From the NCBI GenBank assembly GCA_030628375.1, contig DAOVRD010000003.1:1-36727 (forward strand): 36,727 nucleotides of DNA, in the 5' to 3' direction. Each line of letters opens with the position of its first letter. Position 1 is the first letter of the stretch. Under the pieces are notes generated by a model. The model was not told the DNA's origin and did no database searches. It was given only the letters and a program-made list of their open reading frames with translations. This document shows, piece by piece, positions 1 to 8,710 of the stretch. Origin of the DNA: Planctomycetota bacterium. GTDB taxonomy: Bacteria; Planctomycetota; Brocadiia; SM23-32. A program made the position numbers and the translations under genes.

Positions 1-1236
1 CGCGAAGGGCTGGCCCTGTGCATCAATCACCTGACGGAAGGGGGAGTGCTGGCCGCCACGCGCGGCCGACAGCTTCCTCCCCGGGACAACGTCAAGCTCT
101 TCGCGACGATGTGCGCGGCACTGGAGGACCTGGGATACGCAGATCCCGGACGGCAGATGGTCCAGTTGCGGGATCATCAGGCCGCTGCCACGCTTGCCTT
201 CCGCACTCCCGTCTCCTCAGAACGGTGCGGCCTGCTCAAATCCGACGCCGCGCGCCTCGCCCTCGACATAGAGTGGTGCCCCTGCCCCGGCGTCCGCTAC
301 GACGAACAGACCCACCAGGTCGAAGGACCTGAAGGCAAGCCCTACTCCTATTTCCACCACGCGGCCGTGCAGATACTTTCGGAGCGGCGCGAACCGTTCT
401 TCCGGGATTGGATTTACAACGTGCGCCCCGCGACGGACGGCAGGCCCTACTTCTACGACTTCTTCCGCTGGAAATCGCTGCCCCGGTTCGTGGAGAGCTA
501 TGGCCATGAATGGCTCAGGCGCCTGGAACTGGGCTACGTAGTCCTGGTGTTCGCCCTCGTGCAGGCGGTCGTTGTGGGCGGCGTGCTGGTCCTCCTTCCG
601 CTGCTGCGGCTGCGGCGGGGGCGCGGCGTCTCGGGCGGTCGGGCGGCAACGGGCGCGTACTTCCTCCTGCTGGGGCTCGGCTACCTGATGCTGGAGATCG
701 TATTCCTTCTGAAGTTCACGTACTTCCTGGGCGATCCGATCTACGCGGCGGCCGGCGTGATCGGCGCGTTCCTGGTGTTCAGCGGCCTGGGAAGCGCGTC
801 GAGCCGTCGGCTCTGCTCCTCTCCGCAACGTGCGATCTGCGTGGCTGCGCTGGGGATCGCGGTGATGGCAACGTTGTACGCCGCCGGCCTGGACGCCGTG
901 TTCCGCACGCTGATCGGATGGCCGCTGGCCGCGCGTGTCGTCGCGTCGGCACTCCTGACGGCGCCACTGGCGTTTCTGATGGGATGGCCTTTCCCCAACG
1001 GCCTGACGCTGGTCCAGAGGACCAACCCGCCGCTGGCGCCCTGGGCCTGGGGGATGAACGGGTTCGCCTCGGTGGCGGCTTCGCCGCTGGCCGTCATCAT
1101 CGCCATCGGCGCAGGCTTCAACACCGTCCTCCTGGTAGCCTCAGCGCTCTACGTCACCGCCGCTGCCGTATCTTTCGCCCTGCGTGAGGGCGGAGCCGCA
1201 GGAGCGCCGGCCACCGGAAGCGTCCCACCGACGTGA
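1..1236 (+). CDS. Spermidine-synthase-like SAM-dependent membrane protein, C-terminal part (5' partial)
   Basis: The frame is open from base 1 (REGLALCINHLTEGGVL...). PATDGRPYFYDFF is followed by several TM helices (YFLLLGLGYLMLEI, FLMGWPFP, WAWGMNGFASV), typical of this fusion family. Confidence 0.75.
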   Translation, partial: REGLALCINHLTEGGVLAATRGRQLPPRDNVKLFATMCAALEDLGYADPGRQMVQLRDHQAAATLAFRTPVSSERCGLLKSDAARLALDIEWCPCPGVRYDEQTHQVEGPEGKPYSYFHHAAVQILSERREPFFRDWIYNVRPATDGRPYFYDFFRWKSLPRFVESYGHEWLRRLELGYVVLVFALVQAVVVGGVLVLLPLLRLRRGRGVSGGRAATGAYFLLLGLGYLMLEIVFLLKFTYFLGDPIYAAAGVIGAFLVFSGLGSASSRRLCSSPQRAICVAALGIAVMATLYAAGLDAVFRTLIGWPLAARVVASALLTAPLAFLMGWPFPNGLTLVQRTNPPLAPWAWGMNGFASVAASPLAVIIAIGAGFNTVLLVASALYVTAAAVSFALREGGAAGAPATGSVPPT

Positions 1237-1326
1237 GGACGGGCATCCGCAGAAGAATTGAGGGGAGTTTACAGATCCGCCGCCGCCTCTCACGACTCAT
1301 CTTGCTCTGTAAAAACCTTTGTGTGG

Positions 1327-1390
1327 GTAGCCCCCGGCGTCTCGCCGGGGGCGGCATCAGTCCTCCAGCGCCGGGCGAGACGCCCAGGCA
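1327..1390. repeat. GTAG-headed REP-like inverted doublet (REPIN-like) between convergent genes
   Basis: GTAG at 1327, then the hairpin GCCCCCGGCG-TCT-CGCCGGGGGC (1330-1352). An inverted diverged copy GCCGGGCGAGACGCCCAGGC lies at ~1370-1390. Confidence 0.6.
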
Positions 1391-1432
1391 GAGACCGCTC
1401 GGATGTGTGCGTCGAGGCGTCGCACAACCCGG

Positions 1433-3718
1433 TCATTCCAGTGCCTCCAGCAGCTCCACGGCTTGTTCCAGAGTCCGCTTGTCCCACCACTCGACGGTCT
1501 GGGGTGCCGGCCCGAACGGTGCGGACTTTCTGCCGGAGGACTTTTCGAGGTTGCTCTTGAGGGCCCGAATGGCCGGAAGGCTGTCTCTGTCGCCCAACTT
1601 CGCCAGCAGAAGGGCTGCACACGCTTGCTCGGTAGCTCCCCCTGGAAGCTCCGGTGCCCACGGGATGTAGATATTGCCTGCCAGGGGGGCGTAAGAACCC
1701 ACCATCGCCGGCCTGTCGAGGGCCTTCTCAATCGCCTCGATTACCTCTGGGCGCAACTGCCTCTTGGGCGGGTACTCGGGCGGCTTGTCCATTACGCCCC
1801 TAAGAGCCTGGATCGCCGCGTCCGTCCCCATCCTTCCCAGAGCGGCAATGGTCTCCCTTCTGTTCCTGGGGGAGGGACCGGCCAGGGCCTCACGGACCAC
1901 GCGGAGCAGGACGCGCTTGGGCGTAGCGTCACCCATCAACTCCCCCCGGCCAACGCTGAAGAGCCAGATGGCGACACCGTTGAGACTTTCAAGATCGTCT
2001 CCCACCATCTCGACCGCCGCGTTCACGTCCGCCTCGTCGAGCCGAAGCAAGGTGGCAACCACGAGGTTCGCCGCCAGCTCTCCCACTTCCCATCCCCGCC
2101 TGCGGATACCGAGGAGCCTGAAGCAAAGCTGCGCCCTGGCTACGGGGTCGGGCACGCTCCTGGCAAGGGCCTGGAGCACTTCATCTCTGGACGCGTCATC
2201 CTGCATCAGTTCGCGGACCTGCGGCGGTAGCAAATCCCAATATTGCCGCCACCCTGACCACATCTGCGTGGCTTTCCTTCCATACTGCTTTCGCTCATTC
2301 TGGGGACCCTCCAGACCATGGTCGGCAAGCCATCTGCACAGGTAATCCGCGCTCCCGGCGGTCAGCCCTCCATCGCCAGGCCACCCGCCGGGCCAGCGCA
2401 AGTTCTTGCCATGGTGGAAGCTGAGCGAGGCAGTCAACTCGTCGCCCCTGTAGAACTCGAACGTCGGATTGCCATGGCACGCGCACATGGCACCAGGCCG
2501 CTCCATCACCCGGATGTTCCCGATGACCTCGCGGACCTTCGCCGCGTTCGCTTCCTCCAAGAGCGTTTGCTGCTCATCCACGTTCTGTATGCCGGTACCG
2601 CCCGAACGCACACGGATACGCGTCGTCCCCTCCAAGGCACCGTACAGCGCCTCGTCCCACCGATGCAGGACACGGCAGCGAGGATTGGCTTCCGAGAAAG
2701 CGGCGACCTCATCCGCGGTGAGTAGAGTAGACATTACGTCCAGCTCGCGAAGTGCTGGCAGCTCCCCTGTCGGCAGCTTGCAGGCCCACGACGAATGCGC
2801 GTCAACCCATGTGAGGGCGTCGCACCGCGTTAGGGGTGACAGATCTCTCACACGCGTCCACGCGACAGTCAACCGCTTGAGGGAATCCAGCTTGGGAACC
2901 ATCGAGATGTCATAGAGTGAATCGCACATGGAAAGATCCAGGTGGCGCAACGCACCCAAAGAAGCCATCGCCTCGGTGTTGTCCAGCCGCGCGTCCTGCA
3001 GGCATAAGCACCTGATGCCACTCGAGCTAATGAGCCCCACGTCGAAAGGCACACTCCCAACGCTGTCCAACCTGAAGAACGCCAGGTTCTGCAGCGCCCG
3101 CAGGGACGAGTAATCCTGGAACCCTCCGCCCTCGCCCTCAATGCACAGATATCGGAGCTCGGCAGGCAGCTCAGGGAACTTGCCTGGCGGGAAATCCGCC
3201 GCCTGCATCGTTATTGTTACGCAAAGGCGGTCCAGATCGGCGCGCTCGATGCTACGCGCTACCTCCTCGTCCCAGTGGTCCAGGCGGACACCCCAAAGGC
3301 CCTTCATCTCCTCGTCGGAGAGTTGCAGCAAAGGGTTGGATACCTCCCTGCGGAGGCCTCCGGCAGTCATGCGCCCGGTCGGGCCAAGTTCACCGAAGCT
3401 CCACGAAACCGTGGCAGCCACTACGCGTTCCGTGTCGAGACCTTCCCGGAGCAGCAGGCGGCCGTCCTCATGTGCCGTAGTCTTGAAGTGGTACGTGCCT
3501 GGCGCCCCGAGGGTGAGGAACGTGTAGTCAATGCGGATGACGTCGCCCGGTTGCGGATCATCCGGCGTGCCGTTAAGAGACATCACGTACGGGTGGATGG
3601 GCTTGCCGTCCAGGGTAAACGTGTAGCCCTCCTGCGATTGGTTGCCCACAGCGGGCATGGACATGGCAACAACGAGCGCTGCAATGCAGACCGCGACACA
3701 ACAGGTATCCCTATTCAT
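1433..3718 (-). CDS. Secreted leucine-rich-repeat / HEAT-repeat protein
   Basis: 761 aa with an N-terminal signal peptide, LRR-like units (LGALRHLDLSMC, LDSLKRLTVAWTRVRDLSPL) and C-terminal HEAT-like segments (RRETIAALGRMG, AALLLAKLGD). Confidence 0.7.
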   Translation of the reverse strand: MNRDTCCVAVCIAALVVAMSMPAVGNQSQEGYTFTLDGKPIHPYVMSLNGTPDDPQPGDVIRIDYTFLTLGAPGTYHFKTTAHEDGRLLLREGLDTERVVAATVSWSFGELGPTGRMTAGGLRREVSNPLLQLSDEEMKGLWGVRLDHWDEEVARSIERADLDRLCVTITMQAADFPPGKFPELPAELRYLCIEGEGGGFQDYSSLRALQNLAFFRLDSVGSVPFDVGLISSSGIRCLCLQDARLDNTEAMASLGALRHLDLSMCDSLYDISMVPKLDSLKRLTVAWTRVRDLSPLTRCDALTWVDAHSSWACKLPTGELPALRELDVMSTLLTADEVAAFSEANPRCRVLHRWDEALYGALEGTTRIRVRSGGTGIQNVDEQQTLLEEANAAKVREVIGNIRVMERPGAMCACHGNPTFEFYRGDELTASLSFHHGKNLRWPGGWPGDGGLTAGSADYLCRWLADHGLEGPQNERKQYGRKATQMWSGWRQYWDLLPPQVRELMQDDASRDEVLQALARSVPDPVARAQLCFRLLGIRRRGWEVGELAANLVVATLLRLDEADVNAAVEMVGDDLESLNGVAIWLFSVGRGELMGDATPKRVLLRVVREALAGPSPRNRRETIAALGRMGTDAAIQALRGVMDKPPEYPPKRQLRPEVIEAIEKALDRPAMVGSYAPLAGNIYIPWAPELPGGATEQACAALLLAKLGDRDSLPAIRALKSNLEKSSGRKSAPFGPAPQTVEWWDKRTLEQAVELLEALE

Positions 3719-3765
3719 CCCTGCACCCTCTCCTTCGCAGCAGAAGTCGGCAGGCGCTTGGAAAC

Positions 3766-4977
3766 CTAGTCCCGGCGGGCTACCCGCAGAATCCCCTCCG
3801 CATCCATGGGGACCAGCCGCGGCATCGGCGCTTGAGCACGGTCCCCGCTGCGCGTTTGGGGGACCAACTGGCCATCAATAATGATGTTCTCCGCCCTGCC
3901 GATCCGATACTTCTCGGGCTCTGCGCCCTGGCTGACGAAAACACTGCCCTGAACTTCGACGTCGTGCGGCATGCAGCCTTCGACCGGTATGCCGTTGTGC
4001 TCGCCGTAGCTGATGGAGATGCCAACGGGCCGGCGGCCGGAAAGGTTGCGGAACAGGTTGCCTCGGATGATGCCGGAGCCGTCCCGTATCCCGACGCCGT
4101 GACGAACGTTCTCGAAGATGTTGTTCTCGACCACGAACGTGCCGTCCATGCCCGGATGGGTGTCCACGGCGCAAAGCCGGTACCGCGTCCGATCGTCGCC
4201 ATTGACGCGATTGTGCGTGAACTCCCAGTGTGTCTTTCGAAAACCGGGCTTGTGGACGTACCTTCCCAGCCGCCTGGGACTGCCCCAGTCAAGCGACCCG
4301 TTGGAGGCCAGGCAGTGTCGGCATTGGCTGAACTCGTTGTCCATCACCAGCACGTAGGCCCCCGAGTAGACCGCCACACCGTACCCCAGGCCGTCGCGCG
4401 GACAGTCGTGGATGTAACAATGGTCCACTTGAGCCGTGGCCTCACTGGCGAAATTGGTGGCATAGCTGAAGCCCAGAAGCTCGCAGTGGTCTATGCGGAT
4501 GTTCTGCTTGCCGGATACGTTGATGCCGTAGGTGTTGTTGGTTTTGCTTTGGCTCGTGTCCGCGCCCTGGAGCTTCAGGCGCGTGAAGCGCACCCCGTCC
4601 CCGTCGACGCGAAACAGGTGAGTGTCCCGGCCTTCGGTCTGACATAGCGTCGTGGGTCCTTCGCCGAACAGGGTCAGCCCGCCGGGCACGCGCACCTCCT
4701 TCTGGAACACGTATCGGCCGGCGGGCAGGAACACCGCGTCGGTGCCTTCCTCGAGCGCCCGCTCACACGCCGCTTGCACCGCGCCGTCGGTCCGCCCCTC
4801 CACGGTGACACGCGTGGCGAACTCCCTCTCCTCAGCGTCGCTCAACGGCACGTCCGCACCGACAGCGCCGCGTGGCCCCACGGCCGGCATCTCTGCGCCC
4901 GGCTCCCGGTCCGCCGGCGCCCCGATCCCATGAACGACAAGCAGCATCAGCACCGCCGACACCATTGCTCCACTCAT
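3766..4977 (-). CDS. Secreted right-handed parallel beta-helix (pectin-lyase fold) protein
   Basis: Signal peptide, VFLPAGRY N-terminal motif and repeated beta-helix coils (IRIDHCEL, VDHCYIHD, VENNIFEN, IRGNLFRN). Confidence 0.75.
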   Translation of the reverse strand: MSGAMVSAVLMLLVVHGIGAPADREPGAEMPAVGPRGAVGADVPLSDAEEREFATRVTVEGRTDGAVQAACERALEEGTDAVFLPAGRYVFQKEVRVPGGLTLFGEGPTTLCQTEGRDTHLFRVDGDGVRFTRLKLQGADTSQSKTNNTYGINVSGKQNIRIDHCELLGFSYATNFASEATAQVDHCYIHDCPRDGLGYGVAVYSGAYVLVMDNEFSQCRHCLASNGSLDWGSPRRLGRYVHKPGFRKTHWEFTHNRVNGDDRTRYRLCAVDTHPGMDGTFVVENNIFENVRHGVGIRDGSGIIRGNLFRNLSGRRPVGISISYGEHNGIPVEGCMPHDVEVQGSVFVSQGAEPEKYRIGRAENIIIDGQLVPQTRSGDRAQAPMPRLVPMDAEGILRVARRD

Positions 4978-5051
4978 CGCCCTGTCACCTCCTGATAGAT
5001 GCCCATCGGCGTCCAGACATGCGCCGGCGGCCCCCCGAGCGGCTGCCGGAC

Positions 5052-6119
5052 TCAGTCCCCCTGGCTCTTCACGGGGCCGATGTAGGTCGCAGCGACCACG
5101 ATGTCGTCGAACAGAACCCGGTTCGTCGGATTTGGATACCTTACTCTGTTCCGGCGCACTGAGTTCTCGGTGACGTAGTGCAGCAGCCAGAAGAAGTTGA
5201 CTTTCAACTCATCGCTTGTGCGCCAGCGGAATCCTTCGAACGCCTCGCCGTTGTCATCCAGAAGGCGGAATCCCATCCCCGTCCACTGGGAGCGCGGCGC
5301 GCCGCGCAAGAAGTGGGCCGTCAGTTCCCCGTCCAGCCAGAGGGCCAGCTCGCCGTCGGGGCGATCCGGCTCGGAATTGCACTTGAGCATGATTTCCACG
5401 CACTGCCACCGGTTGCGGGGCACCGGAGCGGGCCGCGCCGGACGCAGGCCGTTGCCCCAGTACTTACCGTCGGCCGAGACCTTCATTTCGTGCCAGTAGA
5501 CGTAGAAGCCCCAGGCGCCCGGCGGGGGGAAGCGACCGTTCCCGCCGAAGGGCTCGATGCCCGCCGTCATCCGATCGTCCCCGCGCGGACGTTCGCCGGC
5601 ACCGCCCTGCGGCCAGGGGGTCGAGGGATTGTAGCCGCCCAGATGCACGAAGTGATGGATGTAGCCCGCATCCGGCGGGAACTTCACGTAGAAGCGGGCG
5701 AACGCCCTGTCCACACCGCGCCGCAAGCGGGTGTAGAGATGCCCGCCCGTGTCCTTGCCCAGGGTGGCGGTCACTTCAAGCGAGCGCCTGCCCGAGCTGG
5801 CCGGCGGCACGTCGCTGCTGAAGGCCATCACCTGGCCGTCCCTGTTGCTGATGTCGCTCCAGCGTTCGGCCAGGTCCCCTATGGTTCCCGTCTCGAAGCT
5901 CTCGGCCAGAAGGACGGCCGGGTCCGCGTCTATGCCGATGTCGCCGGGATAGTTCCCGGCAAGGCCCGTCCCCTCCGGCTTGCCCGAGGGGACGGGCAAG
6001 CCGGAGGGCTGGCCGTCCGGACCCTGCGCGTCGGCCGCCGACGGGCTGCACCCGAGCGGCAGCATGAGGCCCACGACCATCGCAAGCGCCATACCCGTGA
6101 CGGCGAACCACCTTCTCAT
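5052..6119 (-). CDS. Putative lipoprotein with polysaccharide-lyase / concanavalin-like beta-sandwich
   Basis: Start moved to ATG 6119 (MRRWFAVTG...LPLGC, lipobox-like). Motifs ESFETG, ARFYVKF, RWQCVEIMLK, DGELALWLDG, FDDIVVA. Confidence 0.6.
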   Translation of the reverse strand: MRRWFAVTGMALAMVVGLMLPLGCSPSAADAQGPDGQPSGLPVPSGKPEGTGLAGNYPGDIGIDADPAVLLAESFETGTIGDLAERWSDISNRDGQVMAFSSDVPPASSGRRSLEVTATLGKDTGGHLYTRLRRGVDRAFARFYVKFPPDAGYIHHFVHLGGYNPSTPWPQGGAGERPRGDDRMTAGIEPFGGNGRFPPPGAWGFYVYWHEMKVSADGKYWGNGLRPARPAPVPRNRWQCVEIMLKCNSEPDRPDGELALWLDGELTAHFLRGAPRSQWTGMGFRLLDDNGEAFEGFRWRTSDELKVNFFWLLHYVTENSVRRNRVRYPNPTNRVLFDDIVVAATYIGPVKSQGD

Positions 6120-6263
6120 TCGCCTCTCCTGATCCCCAATTTGACCAGCCCCCGCATGAGACCGTCGCGCCCGCCGGCCGCCGCGGGAATCATAGGCGAC
6201 GGGCCCACAATTGGCAAACGCCCGGTCCGCTTCGTGGGAACGGCGCAACGGCCCGAATGCGCC

Positions 6264-7064
6264 TCACTGCGAGTTCAGCAGGTCAACGATGCTGGTGGGG
6301 TGCTCGCGCTCCTCCGTGTGCGGCGGCTTGTCCCCGACCTGGCGATAGCGCACCACCAGTTTGTAGGGCGGCTGGATGTCAATGCGGCCGAAGCTCGACG
6401 GGTCTTCGGCAAAACGCCGGGCGACCCGCCGTGCCGCCTCCTCGATCTCCTGCCGCACCACCTCGGGATGGCGATGAATGGCCGCTTCGTGGGAACGGCC
6501 GTAGGCGTCCCTCTCCAACTCGTCGCCCTTGCCGGCCAGCGTTCCCTCCTTGCCGGCCACAGTCTCCACCCACGGCGTCAGCTCCTTCGCCTCGCGGCAG
6601 AAGGCCGCGTCCCCGGACGCGAAGATGATGGGCACGTCCAGTTCGTTCGCGCACAGGACCATCTGACCGTACTCGCCGATCGAGATGCCGTTGATACTCA
6701 TGTCAATGATGCCGAACCACTGCGTATGGGGGATGTGGGCATGAGGCGTGCCGGCCTTGGCGTGCTGGCCCACGAAGGCCAGGGCGTCGTAGGACGCGTC
6801 GAGCACGGACGGCCAGCCCATCCGGCCTCGCATCATCCGCGCCCGCCTGTCCAGCAGCTCGATGTCCATCGCCCCGCTCCCGTGTCCGTCGGCCACGACG
6901 ATGTCGTCGAAGCCGGCGTCGGCAAAGCCGCGCACGGCGGCGTTCACCTCCTCCGTGACCAGCCGGCGTGCCTTCTCATGGTAGCGCCCGGACGGCGAAA
7001 GGTAGTCCTCCACGTTGACGATGCCGGCCACGCCTTCCATGTCCGTCTCCACGTACATCTTCAT
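6264..7064 (-). CDS. M55 family D-aminopeptidase (DppA-like)
   Basis: MKMYVETDMEG, DGHG, GQHA, HT, IGE and SGD metal-binding motifs; start placed at ATG 7064. Confidence 0.88.
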   Translation of the reverse strand: MKMYVETDMEGVAGIVNVEDYLSPSGRYHEKARRLVTEEVNAAVRGFADAGFDDIVVADGHGSGAMDIELLDRRARMMRGRMGWPSVLDASYDALAFVGQHAKAGTPHAHIPHTQWFGIIDMSINGISIGEYGQMVLCANELDVPIIFASGDAAFCREAKELTPWVETVAGKEGTLAGKGDELERDAYGRSHEAAIHRHPEVVRQEIEEAARRVARRFAEDPSSFGRIDIQPPYKLVVRYRQVGDKPPHTEEREHPTSIVDLLNSQ

Positions 7065-7121
7065 CTGACACTCCCTTCCGTTCTGGCACGACGCCTCCGC
7101 ACCGAGCGCGCGCACACCGGA

Positions 7122-8486
7122 TCACCCAACCCGCTGTCGCAGAGCGCCCGGCGCCGGCTGGAACACGAACACGTTCTCAGTCCGAGGAACCCGCCGCGAC
7201 TTGTAGAAGCCCGTATCGAGGGCGTGCGTTATCGCCTCGACGCGGTCGCGGTGCGCAAGGGCGATGGCAAAACCGCCGAAGCCCGCCCCCGTCAGGCGCG
7301 CACCCAGCGCTCCGGCCCCCCGCATGAGGGCCACCAATTGGTCCAGCTCGTAGCAACTGATCTCGTAGTCATCCGCGCAACTCCGGTGCGACTCGTCCAT
7401 CAGGCGGCCGAACTCCTCGAGGTCGCCGCACGCGAGACACTCCGCAGCCCGCTCGGTCCGCGCCGCTTCGCTCAGGACGTGTCGGCATCGCTGGACCACC
7501 TTGAGGCCGTCGCCCGGCATGGGCAGCAGCCGGCCGTTCGCCATCCGCAGGAACCGCTGCGCGAACTGGCCCGGCTGGATGCCGAACAGCGCCGAAGCTC
7601 GGCCCAGCGAAAGGCCCTCGCGCCGTCCGAGCACACGCTTCAGCAGGCCGACCATCCCCTCCGGCGCCACGTCGGGCCGCGCCGACGCCAGGTCGGCCAG
7701 GCGCTCGGGGGGCTCGACGCCAAGTTCACGCGCCAGCAGGCACACGGCCATTCGACACTCCAGGACGCGGCGGTTGTAGGCGAGAAGCGACTCGCCCGTC
7801 TTCTGCGCCCTGACCGTGCTGTGGGCGGCCACTATCCTGTAGTCCCGCGGAAACGCGACCCGCGTCACCCGCAGCGGGAAGAAGTCAATCTTCAGGACCT
7901 CCCCCTCTCGCGCGAGCAGGCAGACGGCCTGGTCCATGCCTCCTCCCTGTGTGCCGACGTAGTGTTCGGCCTCGGCCATCCGCTCCGCCATGGCCCGTCT
8001 GTCCGGTTCCATATCGTTCACAGCACTGAAGGCAAGCGCCGATGCCACAACCAGCGCGGTAGACGATGAAAGGCCCGCCGCCGGCGGAATGTCCCCTGCC
8101 ACCAGGCACGACATCCCCTTCAATTCGCCTACAGCCCTGCCCTGACTCAGGGCAAGTTCGACCAGGGATTGCACGCCCGCCTTGACGTAATTCCCCCAAT
8201 CTGCGGCGGCGTACGGAGCAATCGGGTCGGACAGCGCGAACCGGCGGTCTCCGTAAAGGGAACCGTCGGCGTTCTTCAGTTCGACCAGGCCGTCGTCGCG
8301 CGGCGCGACGGCCATCCGGATGGCCCGGTTGATGGCCATCGGCATGACGGGGAAGCCGTTGTAGTCGGTGTGCTCGCCGATCAGGTTAATGCGGCCGGGC
8401 GCTCGGACGAGCCAGGCGGGCCGCCGGTTGCCGAACCCCGCACTGAACTGCTCGGCAAGACCCTGGAATTCGTCGCAAACCGCCAC
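7122..8486 (-). CDS. galK: GHMP sugar kinase, galactokinase / N-acetylgalactosamine kinase type
   Basis: APGRINLIGEHTDY, GLSSS, GGMDQ and GARLTGAGFGG motifs. Start at GTG 8486 follows a GAGG RBS. Confidence 0.88.
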   Translation of the reverse strand: MAVCDEFQGLAEQFSAGFGNRRPAWLVRAPGRINLIGEHTDYNGFPVMPMAINRAIRMAVAPRDDGLVELKNADGSLYGDRRFALSDPIAPYAAADWGNYVKAGVQSLVELALSQGRAVGELKGMSCLVAGDIPPAAGLSSSTALVVASALAFSAVNDMEPDRRAMAERMAEAEHYVGTQGGGMDQAVCLLAREGEVLKIDFFPLRVTRVAFPRDYRIVAAHSTVRAQKTGESLLAYNRRVLECRMAVCLLARELGVEPPERLADLASARPDVAPEGMVGLLKRVLGRREGLSLGRASALFGIQPGQFAQRFLRMANGRLLPMPGDGLKVVQRCRHVLSEAARTERAAECLACGDLEEFGRLMDESHRSCADDYEISCYELDQLVALMRGAGALGARLTGAGFGGFAIALAHRDRVEAITHALDTGFYKSRRVPRTENVFVFQPAPGALRQRVG

Positions 8487-8517
8487 CTGAGTGTCCTCAT
8501 CCCGAAGCGGGCCTCGG

Positions 8518-8546
8518 ATTCTACCCGACCCGGCAGGTCTTGCCAA
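8518..8546 (-). promoter_or_regulatory. Putative sigma70 promoter for galK
   Basis: Minus strand TTGGCA-N17-TAGAAT upstream of the GTG start. Confidence 0.45.
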
Positions 8547-8710
8547 CGTTCGCACACAGGCGCACTCCCTCGGCAGCCGTAGGGGCGGTTCGGGAACTTT
8601 AGCCGCCTTGGCGGCCGCCCCCACACTCGGAGGCTACGGCCCAAGGATGAGCGTGCCCTTCCGCACAGAGAAGTCATCGTCCCCGGAGAACACCAGGTAG
8701 ACGGTCCGGC
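8523..8710. repeat. Direct repeat copy 1 (gene 3' end + REP + intergenic DNA)
   Basis: Near-identical to 10749-10926, with about 7 substitutions and one ~10 nt indel. Confidence 0.95.

Noticed and set aside
5178-8069. 963-aa plus-strand ORF
   Set aside because: It is an antisense shadow of three well-supported minus-strand genes in GC-rich DNA, with no recognisable motifs. The same applies to most other overlapping ORFs in the track.
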